Positions 1 through 11,749 are shown, numbered from the stretch's first letter. The stretch: DNA of 41,870 bases from Octopus bimaculoides (GCF_001194135.2 NC_068988.1:13946829-13988698); one strand, 5' to 3'. Notes: a model not told the origin generated them from the letters alone. Made by a program: numbers and translations.

Positions 1-97
1 TATTATTATTATAATCGCTGTCGTCATCATCATCGTCATCATCATCATCAACGACATCGTTATCGTCATCATCATCATCATCATCACCACCACCACC

Positions 98-173
<76 letters not shown>

Positions 174-278
174 CTATCATCTTTATCAACTTCATCACCA
201 TCATCATCGTCATTCTTCTTCTTCTTCTTCTTCTTCTTCTTCTTCTTCTTCTTCTTCTTCTTCTTCTTCTTCTTCTGT

Positions 279-309
<31 letters not shown>

Positions 310-325
310 TTCATTTATTTATTTA
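1..325. repeat. Compound microsatellite (ATC/CAC)n-(CTT)n-(TTTA)n
   Basis: Directly visible tandem tri- and tetranucleotide runs. Confidence 0.97.
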
Positions 326-619
326 TCATTGTTACCGTTACTTTCTCCAAAGAATTCAATTCCTGAGGCAGGAGGGCTGCAACGACTTTGAGACCTCATG
401 GTAGCCAGTAAGTTAAAGAATTAAATTATTGACTCTTGAACTAAGTCGTACATACTATTTCATCTGATCCTCTCTAACATCAGCTTCTTTTTTTTCCTTT
501 TTGTCGTTTTTTCTTCTTTTACATTTACATCAAATGATATAATAGACGCTTTTAAGGTTAGCAACTCTGTCGGTAGCTACCTAAGTGTATTGATTGTTTT
601 TTACATGGCGTTAACACTG

Positions 620-640
620 GGTATAATAATAATAATAATA

Positions 641-707
<67 letters not shown>

Positions 708-955
708 CAATAACAATAACAATAATAGTAGTAATAGTGATAATGGTGGTGGTAGTGGTAGTGTATTTAGTATGCAAACATAATTCTACACCCGTCAATT
801 GACAATGCTTGTACACCGCCCAGGAACCGGGAGGTGCACCTGGTAGTGCGATAGAATTCGTATTGAAACTGCTAAAAATATGATGGTATTGATGATGACG
901 ATAGATAATAATGACTATGGTAATAATAACAATAATAATAGTTGCAGTAGAAGTG

Positions 956-992
<37 letters not shown>

Positions 993-1172
993 CTGCAATG
1001 ATGATGATAAGGATGATGGTAGTGGTGGTGATGGTGGTGGTAATGATGATAATAATGATAATGATGATGATGATGGCGGTGGTGATGGTGGTGGTGATGA
1101 TGATGATGAGGATAATGAAGATGATGAAGATGATAATAATAAAAATAAGGATAAGAATAAGAATAATAATAA
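620..1172. repeat. Two mosaic trinucleotide tracts (AAT/GAT/GGT/AGT; about 620-770 and 880-1172) flanking a short unique island
   Basis: Visible repeats; they explain the poly-I/M/D/S/G/H ORFs in the track. Confidence 0.95.
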
Positions 1173-1292
1173 GCCCAAGGACACAACAAAATTCCTAACT
1201 TCAGGTTAAAATATTTAAGAGGGGCACACAAGCCACTGGCAGAGAAGTTCAATTCGTTGCTGATGAAGCCAGATACAATACCTGATGATCGC

Positions 1293-1323
<31 letters not shown>

Positions 1324-2007
1324 GCACTGTATAATTTAAGGTCGTGTATAAAGTATTATAATTAAATTAGACACTTTAAATACTGCATACAATGCACAAC
1401 AGGAAATTACTAGATACGACAGGAAACAAAGGTTTCCACTAAATATATTGGGCTTTCAGATAAATTCGTTCGTTTTTTTCCTTTTATCTTAATCCTTACT
1501 TTTTTATGTGTCTGAAATAAAGGTGAAATTTATTCATATTTGAAAAACGACAACCAAAAGTTATAGAAGAAGAATAAAACTCAACAAATAAACATAAAAT
1601 ACTACCATAAAATATTTTTCGTGTCAATTCAAATAACATTGAAAAGAAACGAAGGAATTTATCTGGCAGTCCGATATAAAGAAACAAAAAAAATAGCAGA
1701 AATCGATGTTGCATCAAGATGTTCATTACAGACTACAGATACAGCTCTGAACATGCATGCACTGCAGCGAGAACATATACGAGAAAAATAAGTTCATGAC
1801 TTAAAGTAAGAAATAAATCGATTTAGCGAATACAACATAGGAACTGAAACTCTCCCCACGAACAATTTCAATGAATGATTAAATAATCTGAACTACAAGA
1901 AACCACAAAAACAACATTTAGTTCCCAAGATCACGACTGAAAGGGGAGGAAAATTTCAGTTCAGGATCAATGTCATCCAAATAGATGATATCTACCACAA
2001 GGGCCAG

Positions 2008-2315
2008 TTCTTGTTGTGGTGTGGTGACTAATGTGCCTCAGTAACACAGAGCTGTGTGCAAGTTCCTAGGAGGGCCTCCAATGCTGGACAGGTCAAAGAA
2101 GACGGGCCAGACTAATATTGGCCATCTCTATTCAGAAGAAAAATTGGTTTGAATAGGGCCAGCCTAGAAAAAATGATGCAGAAGCATCGATGACTATTCA
2201 AAACAAACAAGGCTGGTAGAAAAGACATCCAAGAGAAAATTCTTTGATGACCTATGGCCTATAGGGAAAGAAGGGCATAAATAAGTAAGTAAGTAGGTAG
2301 GTAGGTGAGTGAGTA
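2008..2315 (+). mobile_element. Short non-autonomous RTE-clade derivative (5' UTR-like segment joined to a 3' end with (GTAA/GTAG)n tail)
   Basis: 5' part TTGTTGTGGTGTGGTGACTAATGTGCCTCA...GGGCCTCCAATGCTGGACAGGTCAAAGAAGACGGGCCAGACTAA resembles RTE/Expander-type 5' UTRs; 3' part TTGATGACCTATGGCC...AAGAAGGGCATAAATAAGTAAGTAAGT resembles RTE 3' termini. Family assignment is from recall, not a database search. Confidence 0.55.
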
Positions 2316-2329
2316 AATAAATTAGTAAG

Positions 2330-2625
2330 CGATGGACTCTTTTGTCGAAGACAACGTACGAGTGTTCAACTTTTGCCGAAGGACCTGCATAAATGATTTG
2401 TTTATAATAATCAAAAGTTCGTGGCGCACATTAGCTCACTTTCTCCATCAAATCGGCGTTGTCTGAGTACGTGCTCGGTGCACCACGCGTCAGATGTCGA
2501 AGTCATCGCAGAGCAACGTCAGATGAAGTGCTATGCTCAAGAACACAACGCACCACCCGGTCTAGGAATTGAAACCACGATCACTTAATCGTGAGTGCAA
2601 TACCCCAACCACTAGGCTATGCACC
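2330..2625 (-). mobile_element. tRNA-derived SINE, family C, full length
   Basis: Minus strand begins with A-box TAGCCTAGTGG and B-box GGTTTCAATTCC. Alignable over its whole length with 11445-11750. Candidate 8-bp TSD TTAGTAAG at 2322-2329 and 2626-2633. Confidence 0.85.
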
Positions 2626-4372
2626 TTAGTAAGTAAGAGGTATATTATAAATCACAATATCAAGTCGGAAGACGATATGTGTGGAAGATTTGGTGAGACC
2701 TTGGTCACACACACACACACACACAGACACTCACACACACAAATACCACACACGCACACACACACATCAAGTTAAATGCTCCATATTTGTCATATCAATC
2801 TATAGCAAAAGGTACGGCTGGATTAAACAGGCCTCAAAGACCAAAGCAAAAGATGAAAAAAGGGTGCGATTATCTGGTATATACAAGTACATACAGAGAT
2901 AAGACGAACCGACTCCATAACCCATAACCTTGTAACATTCAAGAGGTCTAGATCTTGTACACGAATTGAAGGGCCTTGCCAAAATGACAATATCATCTCG
3001 ATAAAGGAGGATGACAAATTCTCAAGATAAAGAATTAACGAATTTTCAGGAAAGCCTTCCATATATGAAGTCCAGAAGACAGCATTCTGCTTGGTACATA
3101 TATTCCGTGTCAAAATCTATACAGTAAAGAAAAGAAATGCTTATAACCACATCTACTTTAATTTAGAGCTGCGGAAAGGTTCCATCATTGGAGTACCATT
3201 GGAGTACTCAATCATTGGAGTACCATAAATAGGATAGTAATAGGAGAACATACAATATTGAAGCCTTTAGTGCATTTTAACATTTGTTTTTGACTTTGCT
3301 GTCTTTTTATTATTCCCGCAATGGGAGTATTACTCTAAACAAAGTTGTAACACCTTTAAAAGACAATTTGAAAAATCCGCATTTACGGGAAGTATTTGAT
3401 TGCTACTCCAGAGAATCAAACAGTAAACTTAGTTTACTTTTCAGCTGCTGGTAGCATCACTTAATTAAAACGTCATATAACTACTTTAACTATTTAAGTC
3501 AATCAGTTAAAATTAATGTTTCCTACTGAGAATATAAATAAGAGTTTCCGAATCTGTTGTTTCTCTCTTTCTGTTTGATAGAGACGAATTCACGGCTATT
3601 GGCTACCGCTCTGCATTTTAAACAGATTAAAACAATCAAATGTTAAAGTGTTTTCCATAATTACACATCTTAAATTTACTACTCAACCGAATTGTAATTC
3701 CCACAGCATAAGAGATTCAACGAAAGATACTTGGTTGAAAACTGGATTCTGATAATTTATGTTTCGTAGTAAAGAAACCAACATCTCTTTCTCAGACATT
3801 TCTTCTTTAGGTTTCTCGAACAGTGCGGTGTTCTAGTTCAAATTCACATCTTAAATAAGTGCTAAATATGATAGGATCTGCAAATATCAAGACATGATTG
3901 ATGTGGCACTTGTCAAAGGATGATACGCGGCCCCATTCCCTATTGAAATTAGTTCTTGCAGCTTCCTAGCAAGATCAATGCACTATTTCCTGAAAAAGAT
4001 TGGTTTGGAATCTGAACAACTGAAAAAAACCCACCAAGTGGGTAAACATAACAGCTGAAATCTGTTCAAGGTGGTTGTGGTTGATAAGGCATCGCAGATG
4101 GAGAACTTTTGTATGCGAAGACTAATTCAGTCCTCGCTGCTGCACTCAGCATGGGTGACCCTGCGATACATGTTGGCGATACAGAAGGGCTTTGAACGTT
4201 GCACTAGCTTTAGTCATCACTAGGACAACAGTTTGTAATTAAAGCAGCTCCAGGATGGTGAGTGCTGGCACTCCACGCTGCCTCATTCCTACATATTCTG
4301 CTTGGAACAAAGCATCTCTAATGTTTATCTCACCCTCCCACCACCAAAATAAAATAAAATAAAAGAAAAATG

Positions 4373-4572
4373 GGTTTCCAGAGACTGTTAACAGAAGGAG
4401 AAGTAAATGGAAAAAGAGAATGGGGAAAACAAAGGATTACTTAGATGGATAATATCAGAAACTGGAAACGCTTAAAATATACTGAACACCTAAGGGCAAC
4501 AGCAGAAGGACTGTAATGGCAGATGAAACCAGCACAAGCTAGTTATGGTTGAAGATACACTACAGAGAGAAC
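4373..4572 (+). pseudogene. RTE-clade LINE 3' end fragment (ORF C-terminus)
   Basis: Translates GFQRLLTEGEVNGKREWGKQRIT*MDNIRNWKRLKYTEHLRATAEGL*WQM, matching the RTE C-terminal pattern (EGkv.GKR.RGRpr.tWmDni..WtglkY.e..r.aedR..Wr); two in-frame stops. Confidence 0.8.
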
Positions 4573-5028
4573 CTTTCTGGAGGCGAAGGCCAATTCACTC
4601 CACGCTGCCCCATTCAGGCGAAACGCTTTTGGCCTTCAGATACCTGCTGACGATACAGAAGGTCTATCAAGGAGGCAATGGATTTAGTTACCATTAGGAG
4701 CTGCGTAGGTAAGGTATTTCAGATGTTTATTTTACCCGAACGCAGAGGTTAGTTTTTATACAGCACATTTATCTGTATGCGGTGGTTTAATACCCCTCAG
4801 CTTTACGTTCAATATCTTCTTGAGATTGACATTGACTTTTACCCATATAGAGCCAATAAAAATGAATATCAATACATAATGATAACACACGGGTATTATT
4901 AGATCAATCAGTTTCACCAGTTTCCGGGATAATAAGGAACTTCTTTCCTAACCCGAACTAAATAATAATGATTGCTTCAAGTCTTACACGCAATTTGCAA
5001 TTATTTTCCCCCTTCCGGATGCTTTTGC

Positions 5029-5435
5029 ACCGCCGCCGCCGCCGCCACCACCACCACCACCACCACCACCACNNNNNNNNNNNNNNNNNNNNNNNNNNNN
5101 NNNNNNNNNNNNNNNNNNNNNNNNNNNNNNNNNNNNNNNNNNNNNNNNNNNNNNNNNNNNNNNNNNNNNNNNNNNNNNNNNNNNNNNNNNNNNNNNNNNN
5201 NNNNNNNNNNNNNNNNNNNNNNNNNNNNNNNNNNNNNNNNNNNNNNNNNNNNNNNNNNNNNNNNNNNNNNNNNNNNNNNNNNNNNNNNNNNNNNNNNNNN
5301 NNNNNNNNNNNNNNNNNNNNNNNNNNNNNNNNNNNNNNNNNNNNNNNNNNNNNNNNNNNNNNNNNNNNNNNNNNNNNNNNNNNNNNNNNNNNNNNNNGCA
5401 GCAGCAGCAGCAGCAGCAGCACCACCACCACCACC

Positions 5436-5483
<48 letters not shown>

Positions 5484-5504
5484 GCTACTGCTGCTGCTGC
5501 TGCA

Positions 5505-5570
<66 letters not shown>

Positions 5571-5583
5571 ACTCCTGCCGCTG
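5029..5583. repeat. Compound (CCG)(CCA)...(GCA)(CCA)(CTA)(CTG) microsatellite spanning N gap 5073-5397
   Basis: Visible repeats on both sides of the gap. Confidence 0.95.
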
Positions 5584-6057
5584 CTTCTATTTTCATTTGC
5601 TTATGGTATGAGATCTCTCTTCTGACAGTAGTGTTACTGGCAAGACACACCGCTGGTATCACCGTTATTGCTGCTGTTGCCATCAATAATGCTGTAACCT
5701 TTACTATTTCCTGTTTTCCAACTATCCGCTTGCCAGGCGAAAGATCCTCGCCACCAGACAGCAGACCCTCCTTCATCCCATATATTTTAAGATTTTCCTC
5801 TCATTCTGTCAACTACACAGCTCTTTCGTTTATTCTTTGTATTTGTTTTTTAGTTTTTATTTTTGTAATTTTGTTCAGTTATTCCCGCTACCCTCCCCAC
5901 CTACAACTGCCTTGATTTTGTATTTCTTTCTATAATTTTTACTGCTTCTTGATCCACCTTTGCTAGCACGTGACCTCGTTCTGGGTTCTGACGTTAAGCT
6001 TAAACTGACGGCAGATTACTGCATGTAAGTTTTATTAACACACGAAATGTGTCATCA

Positions 6058-6800
6058 GTGACGACAACAACAACAACAGCAACAACAACAACAACAACAA
6101 CAGCAGCAGCAACAACAATGACTTTATCATCGACATCATCAGCCACAGGAACAAAAACCATCATCAACAACAACAGCAATGGAAGCGTTTCTATCAGCAT
6201 CTTTATAGTAATCATGGACGCCATCACCAGCAACTATAACAAATCGTTTTAAAGCAAAGATAAATGAATAACTAAAATGAAAATATTCACTGTTGCTGCT
6301 AAAAGAAAGAAAGAAACAAACAAAAGAACGAAAACTGGAACATTAGAAGCCACAGCAATAAATACAATACAATATTCTAAACTTCGACAGCAGCAATAAC
6401 AACAAAATCAACAGATGATAATGATGATGACGATGACAGCAGTTGCAATAATAAAATAACACGCTTAAAATACTAACAAGAACAATAAAACAGCATCGTC
6501 ACCAGCAGCAATACAAACATCAATAAGTATAGAAATAACAACAACAACAACTATAGAAACGGCAACAACAACAGCAACAACAATAGCAAGAAGCCAACTC
6601 AACGCCAACAAGATTACTAATTGTATCAACAAGTCTGAAATGAATAATAAAATATTTAAACCATCAACTACGGCATAGACGATAACAAGACACATTAAGA
6701 AAAACCGACAATAAAATTAACAACAACAATGACACCACCACCACCAACAACAACAAGAACAAGTATATAATAAGAATAACAATGAGAAATTACTTCATAT
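6058..6800. repeat. Degenerate (ACA/GCA/ATA)n low-complexity tract
   Basis: Imperfect trinucleotide periodicity. Confidence 0.85.
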
Positions 6801-7157
6801 TGCCGGCAACCATTCAAATAAAGTTTAGTGAGTTTGTTAATTCATTTTGGCTTTAACACATTAATACAAATCTTTCACAACAACCACGACAACAACGAGA
6901 AGAACAGCCATGTTTTTAATCTTTAGTCTGACAAAGATTGCTACGAATCCAAACATTTGACATTCTGTAAAGTCCCGGATACATTCAACATGACATAACT
7001 GATTTGATATACGCAGTTAACAGATTTAATGTCAGACATCGAAGTGAGGGTCTGATACAAAATTATATTCTGACACACAAGAGGAGATAATGTTTTTCCC
7101 TGCTTATTCTTTTAACAATTGTTGTTTGATAACATTTCATATTACAACCAAGATGAA

Positions 7158-7575
7158 TGCGACGAACTGGCAGAATCGTTACCACGTCGGACCAAATTCT
7201 TGGAAATATTTCTTCTGACTCATTATGTTTTTAGTTCAAATACTGCTGAGGTCGACATTACCTTTCATCCTTTCGAGGTGAAGAACCTAACTACCAGTTG
7301 ATCACTGGATTCAATGCAATCAATTTCTCTTTCCCTCAAAATTGCTAGCCATGTGTCAACAATTGACAGAATAGTTACCATGTCAAAGAAAATGCTTAGC
7401 GGCATTTTTTCCGACTGTGTACGTGCTGAGCTCAAATTCCGACGACGACCGATTTGCCTTCTATCTTATTTTATCGGGCTCGATAAAACAAAGTATCAGT
7501 TGAACACAGGAGGCACTGTAATTGACTAACCTCTTCCTAGTTGCTAGCCTTGTACCAAAGTTTGAAACAATATTG
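7158..7575 (+). mobile_element. Two head-to-tail degenerate family A tRNA-derived SINEs (about 7158-7375 and 7395-7575)
   Basis: Both carry the family motifs (CTGGCAGAATCGTTA in the first; TCAAAT..GC.GAGGTCGAC.TT.CCTTTCATCC..TCG; TACCAGTTGA.CACTGG; AAATTGCTAGCC.TGT.CCAAA) shared with copies at 17.5-24 kb and 39.3 kb. Confidence 0.8.
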
Positions 7576-8112
7576 TGTCCGGATGGTTGAACTATGATGT
7601 CTCTATTCAGCGGTATTGGTTTAATATTCAGAAAAAGACAAGCAGCAGTATAACGGAGGAGAGGGACGAAGATAGCAGTCCGCTCTTGGCAACGCTTTTA
7701 TGGGGCTGGGGATGAGTTACGTTTTAGGGCTTGCTTTTTAAGCTTGTATAGGTTTGGGGACTCGGTGTGAGTCAACAAACTCAAGAGCTGCCTCGAGTAG
7801 CACACATTCTAGTTACGTCACTGAAGACAGGACATAACGATCAAAGTTTCCAGATACATCGTTTTGATGACCAAGGTTTTAACAATTAAAGTTTGACTAA
7901 CGATGTGTGATATATAAGCCCATAGATACATTACTATACTGCCGGTCAGACACCATAATTTAAAATATGAGTATTTCATGTAGATTTCATAGCGACCTTT
8001 CTTTAACTATTACGAAACAACCGACGAAAGATATTCCACAATATATCCTGATATTAAAGTTCAACCACGTAGCATCTGTTATTTAAGGCGCAGTATTAGT
8101 ATCCGTCATCAA

Positions 8113-8277
8113 ATGTCTTTCATCAAAATTCTGTTAATAACAGCTAGTATTGTCGGTGTTTTTCAGCTTCAGGTCAGTATATCGAGCAGACGTGTGGTCA
8201 AACGCCTTCCATCCGTGGCCAAATACAACACAGATAAACAGAGTTGGTATCAGTTTGACGCTCAGGAAATAGAATAA
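8113..8277 (+). CDS. Candidate 54-aa secreted prepropeptide sORF, or first coding exon (8113-8172) of a spliced secreted-protein gene
   Basis: MSFIKILLITASIVGVFQLQVSISSRRVVKRLPSVAKYNTDKQSWYQFDAQEIE*: basic-hydrophobic N-terminus and an RRVVKR dibasic site; internal donor-like CAG|GTCAGT at 8172. Below the ORF-track length cutoff; no homologue recognised. Confidence 0.4.
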   Translation: MSFIKILLITASIVGVFQLQVSISSRRVVKRLPSVAKYNTDKQSWYQFDAQEIE

Positions 8278-8649
8278 AAGAAAGAAATGAATTTTTAATG
8301 TTTCTAGTATAAGACCCTTCCCTTGGAAGAGAGAATAAAGATTGAGAAAAAAGAGTGGGGAAGGAAAATTAGATGAATAGAAACGCTCATGTATCCGAAT
8401 TGGCAACGCATACGTAAACAAAAGACATAGCGTTTTTTTCAAACTTTCATTTCATATTAAAAAAAAAAAAAAAATTCAGGCTGGATACTTTGAAGGGAAA
8501 CCAGGCTCAGGTCATCAGCTGATCCTCGAAAACGAATAACTCTGAGGACTGGAAATCGGAAATCTTCAGTTTTAATGTATTAAAGAATACCTAACATTTG
8601 TACTAAATCCTGTAGTTTATCGCTTCTGGTGAATCAACAGAGGCTTATG

Positions 8650-8800
8650 CATACATGCATGCATACATACATACATACATACATACATACACACACACAC
8701 AAACGCGCATATATACATGTGTGTATATATATATATATACACACATACATACAGACAAACACATACACACATTTATAATATAAGTTGATATATATGCATG

Positions 8801-8895
<95 letters not shown>

Positions 8896-8900
8896 CGTAC

Positions 8901-8942
<42 letters not shown>
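8650..8942. repeat. (TACA)n/(CA)n/(TA)n compound microsatellite
   Basis: Visible repeats. Confidence 0.95.
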
Positions 8943-8948
<6 letters not shown>

Positions 8949-9523
8949 CTGGAGTGGTTTCCGAAAGATTCCTAATGTTGTTTCTTCATACTTTACTTTG
9001 AATTTGCTGGTGTAAATTAGCGTAGATATGAAAAGTTATATAGGAATATTAAGTATATGATTTCAATTATTGAACAAAGTTCAACAAATTGAATCACATT
9101 TTACGTAAATGGAGGAGATTAAACGTTAATATGGGTGATAATTTTTTTTATTCATGTAGCTATACAATCGTTTCATTCAGAAAGACAATAAATTCGTTTT
9201 AAGAATCTAAGTTGTCAAAAGGTACTCGCCAGTAGCTGAAAATAAGAAAAAAGTCATACAGTACGGATATATCTTAAAGGATTTATTCCTCTCATTTTCC
9301 ATGATAAAATGATGCTATAGCCTATATCCTGAATCAATGTATCTTATATGCAGCTGAGAATTACATTGCATTGAATATTCTGGTGTTTTCCTTTTATCTT
9401 TTATAGCTTACTTTGCTAACATACGCTCTTAGATTAGTAAACATTTAGGAAAATGAAAAAGAAATCCCTAAAGGAGAAGATAAAAAGAAGAGAATTACAA
9501 TTTCTACTTCCTTTCGACATCAG

Positions 9524-9544
9524 GGCATTTCGTACAGGATTTCA
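9524..9544 (+). CDS. Candidate 21-nt frame-preserving microexon
   Basis: Acceptor TTTCTACTTCCTTTCGACATCAG| and donor |GTGAGT; all three frames open (GISYRIS / AFRTGF / HFVQDF). Confidence 0.3.
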
Positions 9545-9803
9545 GTGAGTGTCTTCCTCTTCCCATATTTATATATTCATAACGGAAACCTATTACAGAT
9601 ATCTATGTTCACGAAAGTTTCCCCAACAAAGATATGACAACTTTAAACAGTTCGTAGTCAGAAAAAGATCCATATTTGAAATGCAGTCATTTTTGCAGCC
9701 ACGTATTGAATGTTTTTAAACGGAAACAATAGATCTACAGACAATTTGGTACGGAAACACACGTTTTTGGATTAACTAATTCCAAGAAAACGCTCCTACT
9801 ATT

Positions 9804-9873
<70 letters not shown>
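9804..9873. repeat. (TATC)n microsatellite
   Basis: Perfect tetranucleotide run. Confidence 0.97.
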
Positions 9874-9875
<2 letters not shown>

Positions 9876-10276
9876 TATATTGCCCGGACACTCTCCACAA
9901 CAATAAAGCACTCTTTCGCTTCACAGAAATATAAGGAAATCTTCCACAAGATTAAAATGTTGTCAGTGTGATTATAGTTGTCAGTGTGTAAAAATTATAG
10001 ATCTTTAGTCACAATAAAATCTTTAAACATCTCAAAAACAACCAACATGACTGCAATTACAGAGATACGAACAAATACCGTTTGAATGAATAATGCCCAT
10101 GAAAAGAAATAACATAGATGGTAGATGGAGAATAGGCAGTGCACTAAAAAAACATACAAAAGATTAACCGGGAATACGCTTAAAGCTTGATACACACAAC
10201 ATACCTATACATTAAGATTCAGAAATATCTGTGACGTCATATAAGTTTCAAAATGTATTTTATTTCTAAATGACAG

Positions 10277-10356
10277 AAGAAACCCCAACTAGAAAGTAGA
10301 ATGGAGTATAGTTGCAAACAATGGCTGCCGTTGTCACTGCCAACACTTTGCAACTG
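10277..10356 (+). CDS. Candidate 80-nt internal exon
   Basis: Acceptor TTTTATTTCTAAATGACAG|, donor CTG|GTAAAC; only phase 0 is open (KKPQLESRMEYSCKQWLPLSLPTLCN). Confidence 0.2.
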
Positions 10357-11444
10357 GTAAACTCAGAATTTTTATGATCTTGAGCAAAAGTTCATATTCG
10401 TGCTTACATTCAAAGAAATACCAACTCCAGACATTCAGGCATAAATTTTGTACAAGTTAATTTTGTACTGCAATGGAGTAGAACATACCGCTGAGTTAGG
10501 AAATGAAATGTCACGTAAAGCCAAATTGAAATTAAAGCAAAATATTGGCTCCAGCCGTCAAGAAACACCTATTCTTAATTGCACGTGACAAAAGCAGTTT
10601 TAAGAAGCTCATTCGGAAAACGGTCTAAAATTTAGTCTGAAGACGATTTTGGTATCAAGTGAGACAAAATTGCCTCTCCTTAATGTTAATTTTAATTCGG
10701 AAATTATCCGCCAAAACATATGTCTCATGTGGTTTGTGTTAACAACTAAAACAACAAACTTCTGATCCATAAATTTAGAAAAGTATGTTTCTACATCAGA
10801 GACGATCATAGCCACCCAATTAATCGAATATTCGCAATACTTGAAGTAATAACAAAAGCCGTATACAAGTATATTCATACACCGTGCATATATAGGATGA
10901 AAAGACACCAACACAGAGTGTCAAGTATTGGTGGGGGACAATCACAGATACAAAGCGACACACACATAAGTATATACATGTGTACAAATATATACGACTG
11001 GCGTCTTTCAGTTTCTGTCTACTAAATCCCCTCAGGCGAGGTGTCTTACATGTACCTCCTTGCAACAATGTAAACTTTCATTGAATCAAGATATCCTTGG
11101 CCTGAAGTGTAGCCTGCGTTATACACTTCGCTTGGATATTTACCACTTCTGAGGTTTCGCTCGCTATGAAACATATGTAACCCGGATCTTATCTGCTCAT
11201 TCCGTAACTCTGGTATTCTTATTCGCCCAGCCGGCAAACCTGGTCATCTACCGTGAAATATAAAAAGAACGTTTAAAGTTTATCGTACTTCGATACGAAA
11301 AAAACCCACAACCTTCCATCTCAATAAACTACTACTGTCCCTGAAAATTGTTTTTTTAAAAATATTTACTACGGATTGCTTGAATCTAACTTTCTTCCTA
11401 CACCTCGAACCCTGGATCTTACATTTATATATATATATATACAT

Positions 11445-11749
11445 GATGGACTCACCCATCGTTAGACGACGTATGAGGATTCTAAAATTTCTTACCGAAC
11501 AACCACAAAGAAGATTTGTTTATAGTGATCAACTGTTTGTGTAGACATAGGCTCACTCCCTCCATTAGATCGAAATTACCTGTACAGGTGCAACGAATGC
11601 CATATGTCAGATGTCGAAATGATCGCAGAGCAACGTGAAATGAAGTGCTTTGCTCAAGAACAGAACGCAATGCCCGGTCTTGGAATCTAACCCACGATAC
11701 GATCTCGCACTCATGAGTGCAACACACTAAGCACTAAGCCATGCGCCTT

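Noticed and set aside
1255-1292. Two CTGATGA heptamers as possible hammerhead cores
   Set aside because: No stem II followed by GAAA and no stem I or III partners.
590-1327. Long ORFs rich in poly-I, M, D, S, G, H and Y
   Set aside because: Pure translations of trinucleotide microsatellites, open in several frames and on both strands.
353-3865. Possible plus-strand exons 353-400/407 (IQFLRQEGCNDFETSW) and 3811-3865 (FLEQCGVLVQIHILNKC*)
   Set aside because: Acceptors look good, but the consensus donor at 408 follows an in-frame stop and the alternative donor (ATG|GTAGCC) is poor; nothing independent supports them.
7815-7860. CTGAAGA-containing segment as a Penelope hammerhead
   Set aside because: No GAAA in register and no pairing stems.
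10609-10914. 101-aa minus-strand ORF
   Set aside because: No recognisable domain, AT-rich codons and no convincing splice or start signals.
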